NCBI GenBank assembly: GCA_963758915.1
Contig: CAVWXH010000003.1
Location: 96,001-160,000, forward strand
Source of the DNA: an uncultured Methanomicrobiales archaeon
GTDB lineage: Archaea; Halobacteriota; Methanomicrobia; Methanomicrobiales; Methanospirillaceae
Direction: 5' to 3'
DNA: 64,000 nucleotides
The notes under the pieces were generated by a model. It did no database searches, had not been told where the DNA came from, and saw nothing but the letters and a program-made list of their open reading frames with translations. The position numbers were made by a program, and so were the translations under genes. Of the stretch, positions 31,391 through 41,664 are shown piece after piece. How positions within the stretch are numbered: the first letter of the stretch is position 1; every line of letters starts with the position of its first letter.

Positions 31391-32108
31391 ATGCATATCC
31401 GGTCGCTCCATGTTCTCCATGACACATTCCCGACGGGGGATTTTTACCCGTTTAACCTTGAGATCTTCAAAAAGACCGATATATTGCAGTTCAACCGGCC
31501 CATCACGTTCTTCATCGGTGAAAACGGTACCGGCAAGTCAACGCTGCTCAGGGCAATCGCCCACAGCGCCGGCATTCATATATGGGGAGAGCATGAGGGC
31601 AGGATTGATCGTCACAACCCGTACGAAGACCTGTTGTACCAGTCTCTCCGGATCGAATGGATTGACGAAAAAGTCCCAGGCTCCTTCTTTGCCTCGGAAG
31701 AATTCCACCATTTCTCCGAGATCCTTGATGCATGGGGTGCGGCCGACCCAGGCTGCCTGAAATATTTCGGTAACAGTTCTCTTCTTGTCAAATCCCATGG
31801 CCAGTCGCACATGACGTTCTTTGAGAACCGCTTCAGGAGAAAAGGGCTCTACCTGATGGATGAACCGGAGAACGCTCTGTCGCCCAAAAAGCAGCTCGAG
31901 CCTGCTGCGGCTCCTGCGGCAGTTCATCATGCGGGGAGATGTGCAATTTATCATCGCCACCCACTCCCCAATCCTTCTCGCATTTCCGGATGCGGTGATT
32001 TACAGTTTCGATACCAGCCCAATCCAGGAGGTCCGGTATGAGGATACAGAGTATTACCTGGTCTATCGCGATTTCCTGAATGACCGGGAGAAATATTTGG
32101 GGGAATGA
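31391..32108 (+). pseudogene. ABC/AAA-type ATPase (AAA_21-like) split by a frameshift near 31900
   Basis: GENGTGKST, SHGQS and MDEPE in one frame; QFIIATHSPILL H-loop in another frame ending at 32108. Confidence 0.75.
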
Positions 32109-32192
32109 GGCAGGGGGACCGGCCTTAACGTTTCTTCATCATAATATCAGGAGAATGTTGTGCCTTTATCTTTATTTTCATTCATAACATGA

Positions 32193-33032
32193 CTACTGAT
32201 TCATTCTTGGTAGACTTGATAACGCAGGTTTTTTTACCACAGTAACAGGCATTGTTGTTTTGAACTGCCTGGCTGAAGAGACTGTTGCACCACCGGAATG
32301 TGTTGTTGGTGTTCTAACGGGTTTGACACCAATCTTGAATCCTGACGACGTAACCGCCAGAGTACCCAGGTTTACGGTAGCCTCCGGGAGGTCTCCGAAT
32401 AGCATCTTGATTGGTCCGGATTTTGTCTGGACCGTATTCGAGAGCCTGAACATTAGCTTGTAGATCCCGTCCTTCATCGGGTATGGCACGTTGATTATCA
32501 CCGTGAACCTGTAGGAGTTCCCGGGTTGTTCACACAAAGGCTTGTCAATAACGGGTAGAATTCACGGTATAACCCCAAACACCCGGAAAAAATCACCCTT
32601 AAGACGATCGATAGTACCAAACCAACCATGGCATACAAAGCCATTAAAAATGCAGCCCAGAGAATATCCCTGGAATGTCCTACAAAAACTCAGGGGTTCC
32701 GGATTAGGGGCCTCTATTATGTGCCCTATAAATGTTATCCGCAACCACCACTAGCTGATTCATCATAGGAAGCAAGCACGACCAAACGAACGGCCGGGTG
32801 CTAAATAGGTTGGACCCCGAAGATAACGGGCATTGATAATTACATCCACAGATGGCCTGCCCGACGTTATTTGTTCCTGATATACGTCCTTAGTAACCGG
32901 ATTCAAGGAGTATGACGGGTTCATGGTTGCTGCTGCAACCGGTGTTGCGAGAAGAGCCAGTGCTAGCACAAGCACTCCGATGACTACGGTCAAGAGGAGA
33001 TGACGATTCATTGTAAACATTAGTCTATTCAT
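32193..33032 (-). pseudogene. Disrupted secreted-protein gene, copy 1
   Basis: Signal peptide LVLALALLATPVAAA at the 5' end, stops/frameshifts in 32540-32770, C-terminal part in ORF 32193-32537. Confidence 0.55.
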
Positions 33033-33309
33033 ACGTTTTTATACCTTCAGGTACCGCCATGAGTCCTTATGGAACCCGCCAGCGCTGAAAGATGAGCGCG
33101 AATAAAATGGCCACGTCATTCTCAACACTTATTCGTATTTTTTTTCACTTCATGGTATTTTCGTGGTTACCGTTTGGCAGGAATAACACAGTTCACGCAT
33201 AGACCGGTAGAATTACACTACCGCAAGAGTTCCCGGTCCAGGGAATATCGTATGACTAACGTTGAAAAAGTCAGGAATAGACGTAGTAAGGATCCGGATA
33301 TTATCAAAC

Positions 33310-33597
33310 CTAAAAAGGTTTGTCGAAGACCGGGTAACCACCAGGAGGAGTGATCAAGTGGTCAGAGTAAAATGCAGAACCAGGAGATACAGAGGTGGAA
33401 AGACCAAAAGAACGGGCATTGATTATGATACCCACAGATGGCCTGCCCGACATTATTGTTCCCGGATATACGTGCTTCGTGACTGGGTTCAGGTTGTATG
33501 ACGGGGTCACAGTTGCTGCTGCAACCGGTGTAGCGAGAAGGGCCAGTGCTAGCACCAGCACTACAATAACTGCGGTGAAGCCAAGCTAACGGTTCAT
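33310..33597 (-). pseudogene. Truncated paralog of the secreted-protein gene, copy 2
   Basis: ATG AAC CGT TAG start (copy 1 reads MNRH), then LVLALALLATPVAAAT.PSY.LNPVTK..Y...SGRPSV.IIINAR shared with copy 1. Confidence 0.6.
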
Positions 33598-34138
33598 TAT
33601 GAATGCACCTTCATTCATTCCTAATTAATCTCTTCCCCGGTGGTACCAGGCTGATTCCCGATAGATCATATCCGTGCCGGGGGGGTGTTTGGGGTCATAC
33701 ACCATCAAATTATTCCCCTGTTTTTTGGTTGTACATCGGATAGGATCACGCCTGCTGTAACAGCGCACCCATACCACCCGATTATAAGGACATCGTCGCG
33801 AGATCCAGATTGGCATAACACGGGGTGGAATACCAAGATCTATAAACCAAATGACCAAGTTGGAATCTATGGGCTTACAACATATTCAATCATCCACCCA
33901 GGACTTAAATATCCGGCTTACCCTGATAACATATACGGCAATAATATCGCCAAATATCAAAATTAACACCCCAAATGCTTTGAAATAATAGCACTATTTT
34001 TTTAACAGTCAAATTCGCAGAGACCAAATCAAAATTCTTTTTAGTCATGTGAAGATATATGGAAATACTGGCCGGGTGATCAAGCCCGATGTTATAATGT
34101 GAACGGCCCTGATCGTTTGCGATTACTGGGGGGGGAAG

Positions 34139-34276
34139 ATGGAAAATTATAAGGAGACGCAGCTCCGGGAGACCCGGGATGATAATATTAGAGATGAGAC
34201 CTTTGATGAGTTTTTACTCCGTGCGTACAACCAGCTGACACCTGAAGAGCAGATAAAGATCAGGCAGAAACATTAG
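34139..34276 (+). CDS. Possible 45-aa small protein
   Basis: Own translation MENYKETQLRETRDDNIRDETFDEFLLRAYNQLTPEEQIKIRQKH*; G-rich stretch before the ATG and TTATAA about 40 bp upstream. Confidence 0.4.
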   Translation: MENYKETQLRETRDDNIRDETFDEFLLRAYNQLTPEEQIKIRQKH

Positions 34277-34309
34277 AGACCCCACTTTTTCACCCCTTTG
34301 GATAGTATG

Positions 34310-34360
34310 ACTCTGTTGAAATATCTTTGGGCGGGACGTTCATGTGTGTTTCAACAAAGC
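34310..34360. mobile_element. Short (51 bp) TIR-bounded MITE-like element, copy M3
   Basis: ACTCTGTTGAAA...TTTCAACAAAGC; inverted relative to M1. Confidence 0.65.
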
Positions 34361-34440
34361 GTGCTATGAGCCTTTGGCTCATAGATGACCATGAAAAAGT
34401 GGTTTTCCAGAATGGTCTGCCGGGAGTTTTTCATATCAGC
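34361..34440 (+). repeat. Dispersed module 'A', copy 3
   Basis: GTGCT-ATGAGCC-TTT-GGCTCAT-AGATGACCATGAAAAA...GGAGTTTTTCATATCAGC. Confidence 0.75.
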
Positions 34441-34700
34441 TGATATTTTCAATTGTTCCAGCCAGATTGCAGGGTATCGTATTTGTTGCCACCAGGTGAT
34501 TTTGGCGTCTGCAACGCTCACCGGAGAATTGATCCTTGGCAGGACATGACATTTCAGAAAAATCACACCATATTTTTGAAATTATTCAGGAACATACAAC
34601 ATCATCGTGGTTTAACCATGTCAGGACACCGTCAGGGGTATATGGTGCAGGACTCATATGCAAAAAAGGAGTTATATAACGTGCAGGAGAAGGTTGTAGG

Positions 34701-35834
34701 ATGAAAAAGGATCTGCTCATGTGGGATGAGACTCTCTTCCGGGACCCTGAGGTCTTTGAGATTGATTATGTGCCAGAGCAGTTTAGTTACCGTGATGACC
34801 AGATTACTGAACTCGCATTCCAGATCAGGCCGGCACTCCGTGGGGGCCGGCCACTTAATACCGTCTGCCGCGGGCTCCCTGGGACGGGTAAAACGACCTG
34901 CGTAAAAAAACTCTTCGAAGAGATTACAACCACAACAAAAAAAGTCCTGCCGGTCTATATCAACTGCCAGATAGATAATACAAAATTTGCAATTTTTTCA
35001 CAGATCTACCGGAAACTTACCGGTCACCTGCCACCGCCTTCCGGGACATCCTTCAAGACAATTTTTGATGCAATTGCCCGGATGATAATGAAGGACGAAA
35101 TTGTCCTTCTAATCTGCCTTGACGATGCAAACTACCTCCTGTATGAAAACGAGATTAATAACGTCCTTTACCCGTTACTCCGTTCATACGAGTCCTTCGA
35201 GGGGACACGGATCGGGGTAATCCTGATCCTGTCCGATATGGCCGTCGACCTCTCACGGTCCATAGATGCCCGTGTGTCTTCCGTGCTCTGTCCGACTGAC
35301 ATCTATTTTCCACCATATTCCGAAGAAGAAGTCCGGACCATCATCGGCGAGAGGGTACTGCAGGGGTTCTACCCGGGCGCCATCAGTGCCGAGATGGTGG
35401 ACCTCGTTGTAACCCAGACACTGAAAGGCGGGGACCTGCGGGTCGGGATAGACCTCCTGAAGCGTGCCGCACTCAGCGCCGAGCGGAAAGCGAAGCGTAC
35501 AATAGAACGCGAGGATATATGCGGGGCCTACCTGATGTCCCAGTACCTCCACCTCTCATTTTCACTCAAATCCCTGAAGGCAGAGGAGCGGGAGATCATA
35601 AAGAAACTTGCAGAACTTGCAAAAGACAAAAAAGACATGGGCGCAGGGGAGGTTTATAAAACAATAAGGGAGTCAACCGAGATCAGCTATACCAGGTTCT
35701 ACGAAATGGTGAAAAAGTTTGACCTGATGAGGCTGATTGACTTAGAGTATCGCAGCGGCACCGGGGAGAAGGGGAGGACACGCGTGATCAGTCTCCGCTA
35801 TGACCCGGTAAAAGTCATCGAATACCTCGTCTGA
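34701..35834 (+). CDS. cdc6: Orc1/Cdc6 replication initiator family protein
   Basis: DYVPE..YRD.Q, GLPGTGKTT, YINCQ, LDD Walker B, FPPYS, GDLRVGIDLL and C-terminal wHTH. Confidence 0.93.
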   Translation: MKKDLLMWDETLFRDPEVFEIDYVPEQFSYRDDQITELAFQIRPALRGGRPLNTVCRGLPGTGKTTCVKKLFEEITTTTKKVLPVYINCQIDNTKFAIFSQIYRKLTGHLPPPSGTSFKTIFDAIARMIMKDEIVLLICLDDANYLLYENEINNVLYPLLRSYESFEGTRIGVILILSDMAVDLSRSIDARVSSVLCPTDIYFPPYSEEEVRTIIGERVLQGFYPGAISAEMVDLVVTQTLKGGDLRVGIDLLKRAALSAERKAKRTIEREDICGAYLMSQYLHLSFSLKSLKAEEREIIKKLAELAKDKKDMGAGEVYKTIRESTEISYTRFYEMVKKFDLMRLIDLEYRSGTGEKGRTRVISLRYDPVKVIEYLV

Positions 35835-35899
35835 ACCAGATCATTTTAACAAATCTTATCTATTACGCAACCATTTTTTATGGTACAGGGGGACTTCAC

Positions 35900-36847
35900 G
35901 TGCTCAGTGTGAACGAATTTGCGCTCGAAATTTTTGATTATTTAGCGGATGAACCAGAACAATATAACGTTGCGTATCATGAACTCGATAATGGTGCGAG
36001 GATTGTAGACTGCGGGGTCAGCACCCGCGGCGGATACGCCGCAGGCCGTGCATTTACCGAGATCTGCATGGGTGGTCTTGGAGAGGTCAATTTCAGGATG
36101 GGAAAAGTCAATGAATTCCCGGTCCCGTTTATTGATGTTTTTACAGATTTCCCCTCGATTGCATGCCTCGGGTCTCAAAAGGCAGGGTGGACCATTAAGC
36201 ACAACAACTACTTCGCCATGGGAAGCGGTCCGGCACGGGCCCTTGCATTGAAACCCAAACACACATTTGAGGTCATTGATTACCAGGACGAATATGAATC
36301 TGCAGTTATTGCACTCGAAAGCGATCATCTTCCGAATGGGGCAGTAATGGAAAAGATAGCAGAGGAATGCGGTGTCGATGTGGCGAATGTAAGCGCGGTA
36401 GTCGCACCAACAGCATCACTCGTTGGATCAGTCCAGGTCGCGGGGCGTTGTGTTGAGACCGCAATATACAAACTGAACGAGCTTGGTTTTGACACAAGGA
36501 AGATTACAGCAGGAATGGGTTCGGCCCCCCTCCCACCAGTAAAAAAGGATGCCACACAGGCAATGGGAACCACCAACGATGCAACCATCTACCACGGACA
36601 GATCATGCTCACCATGAAGGCACCTGAAATCAAGGACTACCTGGAGAAGATCCCGTCCAACAAGTCGAAGGGTTATGGTAAGCCGTTCTATGAGACGTTC
36701 AAGGAAGCGAAGTTCGACTTCTACCAGATTGATACATCATTGTTCTCACCCGCAGAGGTTATCATTAACGAGCTTACCGACGGTATCATGTACCATGTCG
36801 GCAAGGTTAACCCTGAGGTAACCCTGAAATCCTTCGGGCTGCTCTGA
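35900..36847 (+). CDS. mch: Methenyltetrahydromethanopterin cyclohydrolase
   Basis: SVNE, ICMGGLG, ACLGSQKAGW, MGSGPARAL, FYQID.SLFSPA. Confidence 0.95.
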   Translation: MLSVNEFALEIFDYLADEPEQYNVAYHELDNGARIVDCGVSTRGGYAAGRAFTEICMGGLGEVNFRMGKVNEFPVPFIDVFTDFPSIACLGSQKAGWTIKHNNYFAMGSGPARALALKPKHTFEVIDYQDEYESAVIALESDHLPNGAVMEKIAEECGVDVANVSAVVAPTASLVGSVQVAGRCVETAIYKLNELGFDTRKITAGMGSAPLPPVKKDATQAMGTTNDATIYHGQIMLTMKAPEIKDYLEKIPSNKSKGYGKPFYETFKEAKFDFYQIDTSLFSPAEVIINELTDGIMYHVGKVNPEVTLKSFGLL

Positions 36848-36914
36848 TCTATTCTTTTCTTTTTTCACTCCCGGTTCCGGTAGTATTTATGGTACCAGGT
36901 GCAAAATTCCTCCC

Positions 36915-37553
36915 ATGATATTCCCTGACAACCGGCTCCTGGAGGTATGGGACTCTGATTATCGGACGAGGGGGCTGTTGTGGGGTGGCAACCCTGCACC
37001 GCTGCCAGCGCTTCCCGAAGGTTCAGGAGTTCTGGAGCTCGGTTGTGGGAATGGAAAAAATCTCCCGGGGATGATTGAAAAGGGCTGGGATATCACGGCA
37101 ATGGACTGTTCCATAACGGCACTTCAACTCTGCCGGCCGGTTGTCCGTGATCCCGGGCGGGTCCATTTTGTTGTCGGTAATGCCATTTCTCTTCCATTAA
37201 GGGATGCGGTTGTCGATGCAGTATTTTCACTGCATGTGGCCGGTCACCTGACAGGACCCGGACGGTCTCAGTTGGCCAGGGAAGTGTTTCGCGTGCTGAA
37301 ACCGGGTGGACAGATTGTATTCAGGGATTTCGGGGTTGATGATTTCCGTTGTGGTAAGGGGCAGATGACAGAACCGGGTACATTCCACCGGGGTACAGGC
37401 TCATTTACCCATTATTTCACCGGAGATGAGGTTTCCCGGCTATTCATCGCCTTCAAATGTAAGTTCATTGACGAACACCGATGGGTAATGCGAATTAAAG
37501 GACAGGATTACCAGAGGTGTGAAATCACGGCAATATTTGAAAAATCAGCCTGA
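36915..37553 (+). CDS. Class I SAM-dependent methyltransferase
   Basis: VLELGCGNGK and RVLKPGG. Confidence 0.85.
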   Translation: MIFPDNRLLEVWDSDYRTRGLLWGGNPAPLPALPEGSGVLELGCGNGKNLPGMIEKGWDITAMDCSITALQLCRPVVRDPGRVHFVVGNAISLPLRDAVVDAVFSLHVAGHLTGPGRSQLAREVFRVLKPGGQIVFRDFGVDDFRCGKGQMTEPGTFHRGTGSFTHYFTGDEVSRLFIAFKCKFIDEHRWVMRIKGQDYQRCEITAIFEKSA

Positions 37554-37694
37554 ATGTATGGGTCGCTGGTTGGATAGATTTGTTACATGGAAATATCCCT
37601 GGCAGACCCGGCAGAATCCGGCCGGTTTCACTTTTTTCCCAGAACTAATCAACAATCTTAATACCAGACGGGTCAAAACTAGTAAGTCAGTTCA

Positions 37695-37768
37695 GGGCCC
37701 GTGGTCTAGTCGGTTATGACGTCGCCCTTACACGGCGGAGGTCGCCGGTTCGAATCCGGCCGAGCCCA
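37695..37768 (+). tRNA. tRNA-Val(TAC), intronless, CCA not encoded
   Basis: GGGCCCG TGGTCTAGTCGGTTATGAC, anticodon arm TCGCC-CTTACAC-GGCGG, T arm GCCGG-TTCGAAT-CCGGC, CGAGCCCA. Confidence 0.95.
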
Positions 37769-38223
37769 TTCTGTTTTTCTATGAATTTTTTGATACCGAA
37801 GAGTTTTCCTTCGATATTATTCCATAACCATGTCAGACAATTATGTAATGTTATTCGAGGTATTTTTCTCCCGCTTCAACAACATCCATACCGTTACCTT
37901 CGAACAGGTTGATCTTTTAAGGCATAATTTAACCACCAAATCGACCAAATTCGGATCTATGAGAACATCATCATCAATTTTCATCATTTTTGATTGGGCA
38001 GGGAGGATCAATAGGAGAGGCGTACATGATTTCAGCGCGTTGTTCAAAAAACTCCTATAATGACTACGTTCACAGATCTACTATCAAAAACAGGGAGATT
38101 TTCAGGCCAATATCCCATGACAACCGGTGGTCGACGGTTCGTATCTGGCGTGGCAAAGATCCAGGCAAAGGCCAGTATTCATAAATATGTCAGGACCTAT
38201 CAAATTTAGGGTTGAGTTGCCAC

Positions 38224-38463
38224 TTACCGGTACCCCTTCGCAAGGCCAAGGGCTTCCTGAATGTCGATATCATTTTCCACGAGGTAGATGATATGACGTT
38301 TTGTCCGTTCGATTGCCCTGTTGGGGTTCATATGTTCCCTTATCGCATCCCTTACAAATGCACTGATATCCTCATACTCCCCGCTATCAACGAGAGCCTG
38401 GATCTTCTGCTTGAGTTCTTCACCCACCCTGACACGGATGGTATCATTCGGTGTCTCAACCAA
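38224..38463 (-). CDS. Ribbon-helix-helix (CopG/ParD-like) DNA-binding protein
   Basis: TIRVRV.EELKQKIQALVDSGEYEDISAFVRDAIREH pattern. Confidence 0.75.
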   Translation of the reverse strand: MVETPNDTIRVRVGEELKQKIQALVDSGEYEDISAFVRDAIREHMNPNRAIERTKRHIIYLVENDIDIQEALGLAKGYR

Positions 38464-38512
38464 CGCCTACAGCACTCCTACATTGTGTTCCATCTCATCC
38501 TATATATTACTA

Positions 38513-38566
38513 TGTTGTAGCACAACTTACCACAAACGATTGAGGAGCCCCATTGTTGTAGCACAA
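38513..38566. promoter_or_regulatory. Two copies of the quasi-palindrome TGTTGTAGCACAA next to the RHH gene TATA box
   Basis: Exact 13-mer at 38513-38525 and 38554-38566; TTGT-AGC-ACAA symmetry; TATATATTA at 38501. Confidence 0.55.
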
Positions 38567-38650
38567 TGTCCGGTTCGGAACAACCTTTTGATCCGCGTGA
38601 AGGGAAAAAAGATGATCGGTTGTAAGGTCCAATAATTCGATTGACAATAG

Positions 38651-39439
38651 TTACGTTAGTTCGCCCACGGGACGGATGACAAATTTACAGTGGTCATCCC
38701 CCATGGCATAACAACGGAGCTCCGTTGCCATGTGGTCTGCCTTAAAATGGCCGGAAAAAATTGCTTCAAGAATTCCGGCGTCAAATGCACATGCCGGCCG
38801 TCCCAGGTAGGGCAGGTCATCGCACTCAAAACAATCATATACGATCAGTGTCACGGGAGAGCGGTTCTCTACTACGATCTGGCCAAGGTTATGCTCTTTC
38901 CAGAACTTCACCGTTTTGTCGAGCAGGACAGAAAGGTCAGGGCTTGCAATTGCTGCATACAGTCCCTGCCCCATGCGGAACCCGGCTTCCCTGAGGATCG
39001 GGTCAATATTGATCCCTTTTGACATCAGGGAAACCCTGATCGTCCGGAACATCATTTTGTAAAAGGTGGATGGATCACTACCCTCGAGGAATGCGGCCAC
39101 CATATGCCCGGGATCATCATCCTTGCATGTAGTATCGGGGGATATCTCCCCGAGGAACCGGGACCGGATGTAAAATATCTTCCTCCTCGAGTCCGCCAGG
39201 TCTGGTTTCTCACCAATAATCCCCTCTTTCAATAATGCCCTCAGGTGTGCAGAGACCGTAGACTTGGCTTTTTGTGTAGACAGGACTATCTCCTGGAACG
39301 ACAACTCCCGCCCACCAAGGACCGCGAGGATTTTGCTCCGGACTGGTGACTCAACAGTCCGGATACCATCTTCCGTAGCGAACAGCCCGATAGTCGGGGA
39401 AGATCCCGACCGTGCAGATGTACCCGGTTCAGCCTTCAT
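38651..39439 (-). CDS. ArsR-type wHTH plus V4R domain regulator (MsvR-like)
   Basis: ESPVRSKIL, KAKSTVSAHL, V4R cysteines DCFEC..P.CAFDAG..E.RC...GDDHC. Confidence 0.85.
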   Translation of the reverse strand: MKAEPGTSARSGSSPTIGLFATEDGIRTVESPVRSKILAVLGGRELSFQEIVLSTQKAKSTVSAHLRALLKEGIIGEKPDLADSRRKIFYIRSRFLGEISPDTTCKDDDPGHMVAAFLEGSDPSTFYKMMFRTIRVSLMSKGINIDPILREAGFRMGQGLYAAIASPDLSVLLDKTVKFWKEHNLGQIVVENRSPVTLIVYDCFECDDLPYLGRPACAFDAGILEAIFSGHFKADHMATELRCYAMGDDHCKFVIRPVGELT

Positions 39440-39527
39440 TCAGAGCCTCTTATGTTAATTCTTCTTATTAAGATATCAGATGGATAGTACTAAAGCATTC
39501 GGCAGGTAACGGAACAACATATATTAT

Positions 39528-39549
39528 AGTGATAATAACAACTATCACT
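39528..39549. promoter_or_regulatory. Inverted repeat AGTGATA-N8-TATCACT immediately downstream of a TATA-like element
   Basis: Perfect 7-bp arms in the divergent intergenic region between the two regulators. Confidence 0.5.
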
Positions 39550-39596
39550 GTAAGCCGATAAAGCATTATATCAGATGATTATGCAGGTGTCATGCA

Positions 39597-40907
39597 TTGA
39601 TTCAGATGGAAAATGAAGTAGCTCGTATACGGGACCTCCTGAAGGAGCACCCGAAAGGGATGACTATCGAAGAAATATCCCGCCTTTTACCGTTAAACAG
39701 GACATCCACAGCTAAATATTTAAATACGCTCCTGATCTCCGGCCAGGCCGATATGAGGACGTATGGGCGTGCAAAAGTATTTTCACTAACCCAGAGGGTC
39801 CCGTTATCCAACCTGATGAGCCTTTCATCAGAACTAATTCTGGTCCTGGACAGGGAACATACCATCAGCTATGTAAATAGCCAGTTTTTGCAAAATTTTC
39901 ACCTTAAACGGCAGGAATTGATCGGAAAGATTATCGAACAGACCCCACTCTCCTACTACCTTCCCCCCCAGTTCCTAAACACGATTAATGGCGCATATGA
40001 TGGAAAAGAGAGTGTCGGGGAGCAACATATCAGGATCCGGGACCTTGACTATTATTTCATCTCCAAACTGGTCCCCATGGTCTTTGATAATGGGAATGCG
40101 GGCCTTGCACTTATTCTTGAAGATATTACCCAGTTAAAAGAATATCAGCTGCACCTTGAAAACCTCGTGGAAGAACGTACACATGAAATTATAAAAACAA
40201 ATGAAAATCTCGAACAGGAAATCGCCGACCATGAGATGGCCAGAAAAGCCCTGGAGGTCGTAAACAACAAGCTCAACCTCCTGGCCAGTGTAACACGGCA
40301 TGACATCCTTAACCAGATCACCGCAATATCCGGATATCTTCAGCTCCTTGATAATGAGTGTTCCAGCAATCCAAAGGTGTCCCCTTATATCCAGAGGATC
40401 GAAAACGCCATCAGCACAATCCAGCGCCAGATCACGTTTACCCGCGATTACAAAGACCTCGGTTTAAAAACCCCGGAATGGCAGCGTGTGGAGGAGGTAA
40501 TCCGGCGGGCGGTTTCATTACGTCCCATACCCCGTGTCAACCTCCTTGTTGAAACGGGTGATCTCGATATTTTCAGCGATCCGTTCCTGGAAAAAGTTTT
40601 TAGCAATATCTTCGATTACTCATTACTCCGTGGAGAGAGTGTGACTGAGATATCGGTTACATTCCAGGAACAGGGGGAGTGGGGGGCCCTCATTATCACT
40701 GATAACGGGGCCGGGGTTCCGGCATCCGGAAAAGAACATATCTTCGAATACTCAGGTAAAGAAACAGGATCCAACCTCTTCCTTTCCCGTGAGATCCTCT
40801 CGATAACCGGCCTTTCAATCAGGGAAACTGGTGAGGAGGGAACTGGTGCGAGGTTTGAGATCCTTGTACCGGGTAACGCCTGGCGTATCGGAAACAATTC
40901 CGATTAA
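39597..40907 (+). CDS. wHTH-PAS-histidine kinase-like sensor
   Basis: PKGMTIEEISRLLPLNRTSTAKYL HTH, PAS region, RHDILNQ H-box and DNGAG G1 box. Confidence 0.85.
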   Translation: MIQMENEVARIRDLLKEHPKGMTIEEISRLLPLNRTSTAKYLNTLLISGQADMRTYGRAKVFSLTQRVPLSNLMSLSSELILVLDREHTISYVNSQFLQNFHLKRQELIGKIIEQTPLSYYLPPQFLNTINGAYDGKESVGEQHIRIRDLDYYFISKLVPMVFDNGNAGLALILEDITQLKEYQLHLENLVEERTHEIIKTNENLEQEIADHEMARKALEVVNNKLNLLASVTRHDILNQITAISGYLQLLDNECSSNPKVSPYIQRIENAISTIQRQITFTRDYKDLGLKTPEWQRVEEVIRRAVSLRPIPRVNLLVETGDLDIFSDPFLEKVFSNIFDYSLLRGESVTEISVTFQEQGEWGALIITDNGAGVPASGKEHIFEYSGKETGSNLFLSREILSITGLSIRETGEEGTGARFEILVPGNAWRIGNNSD

Positions 40908-40960
40908 ATAAAAACCGGCCATTTTTCTGTAATAAAAAAAAGGTCCTGACTGATCCTACC

Positions 40961-41526
40961 TTACTTTTTCACAATATCCACCAGCTGGATATTGAATACC
41001 AGGTCCTGTCCTGCAAGAGGATGGTTCATATCAACCGTTACCGTGGTCTCATTCGAAGCAATAATCGGACACATCGCCCGACGCTTCCATCCGGCATGGG
41101 TACGGTGATATACGGTTTTGGATCAGTCTCCGGGTTTTGGCTGGTAGTCTGCAAGTGCCCCGGTTATCTCAGGTGGTGATAAGAAGGTCCTGATCTTTTA
41201 GGACCATAAGCCTGGTCCGCCGGCACCGTAACGGTCTTATTCTGTCCGACGCTCATCCCCAGTATAGCATTATCAAAGCCTTTAATGACCATTCCCGATC
41301 CTGCCACAAATTCTATAGGGGTCCCGTTAAGCGATGACTCGAACTGCTGCCCGTTTGAAGCAAGCGCTGCAGTATAATGGATCTTAACGGTATCATTTGG
41401 CACTACTACTGCCTTCTGCGAGGTACACCCTGCCGCAAGAAGGGCTGCAAGTAGAAAAATTATTGTCATTCCGAGAAAAACACGGCCAATTGGGCCTTTT
41501 CTCCCGTTCCTGCTGTTAACCGACAT
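40961..41526 (-). pseudogene. Lipoprotein FKBP-type (SlyD-like) PPIase interrupted by frameshift(s)
   Basis: Lipobox AAGC, VKIHYT, VIKGFDNAILGM, PADQAYG; other frame gives [26 protein letters not shown] ending at 40961. Confidence 0.75.
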
Positions 41527-41664
41527 AGTACTACATTGTATTGATCGGATAATAGAGCTGTGCTCCAGGGTTCACCGGGACCATTTCAGATACTACCTCT
41601 GAAACCGTGCCGTGTCATTTCTCGAATTTTATATAGCCGGAGGAAGAATATACTACTGTTTATC

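Noticed and set aside
33085-33120. Possible fifth copy of module A (AAGATGAGC...AAAATGGCC)
   Set aside because: Lacks the hairpin and both conserved ends; similarity too weak.
33310-33597. Pyrrolysine/amber readthrough of the in-frame TAG codons in paralog copy 2
   Set aside because: One TAG is at codon 4 of a signal peptide where the paralog has His, and the other is followed by TGA TAA; no pyl genes are present. Decay explains it.
32763-33597. Diversity-generating retroelement TR/VR pair
   Set aside because: Differences involve all bases and look like ordinary paralog divergence, the repeat covers the N-terminus, and there is no reverse transcriptase.
34441-34700. Replication origin upstream of cdc6
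   Set aside because: Only one weak TTCCAG..AGGG resemblance; no repeated ORB elements or clear AT-rich unwinding element.
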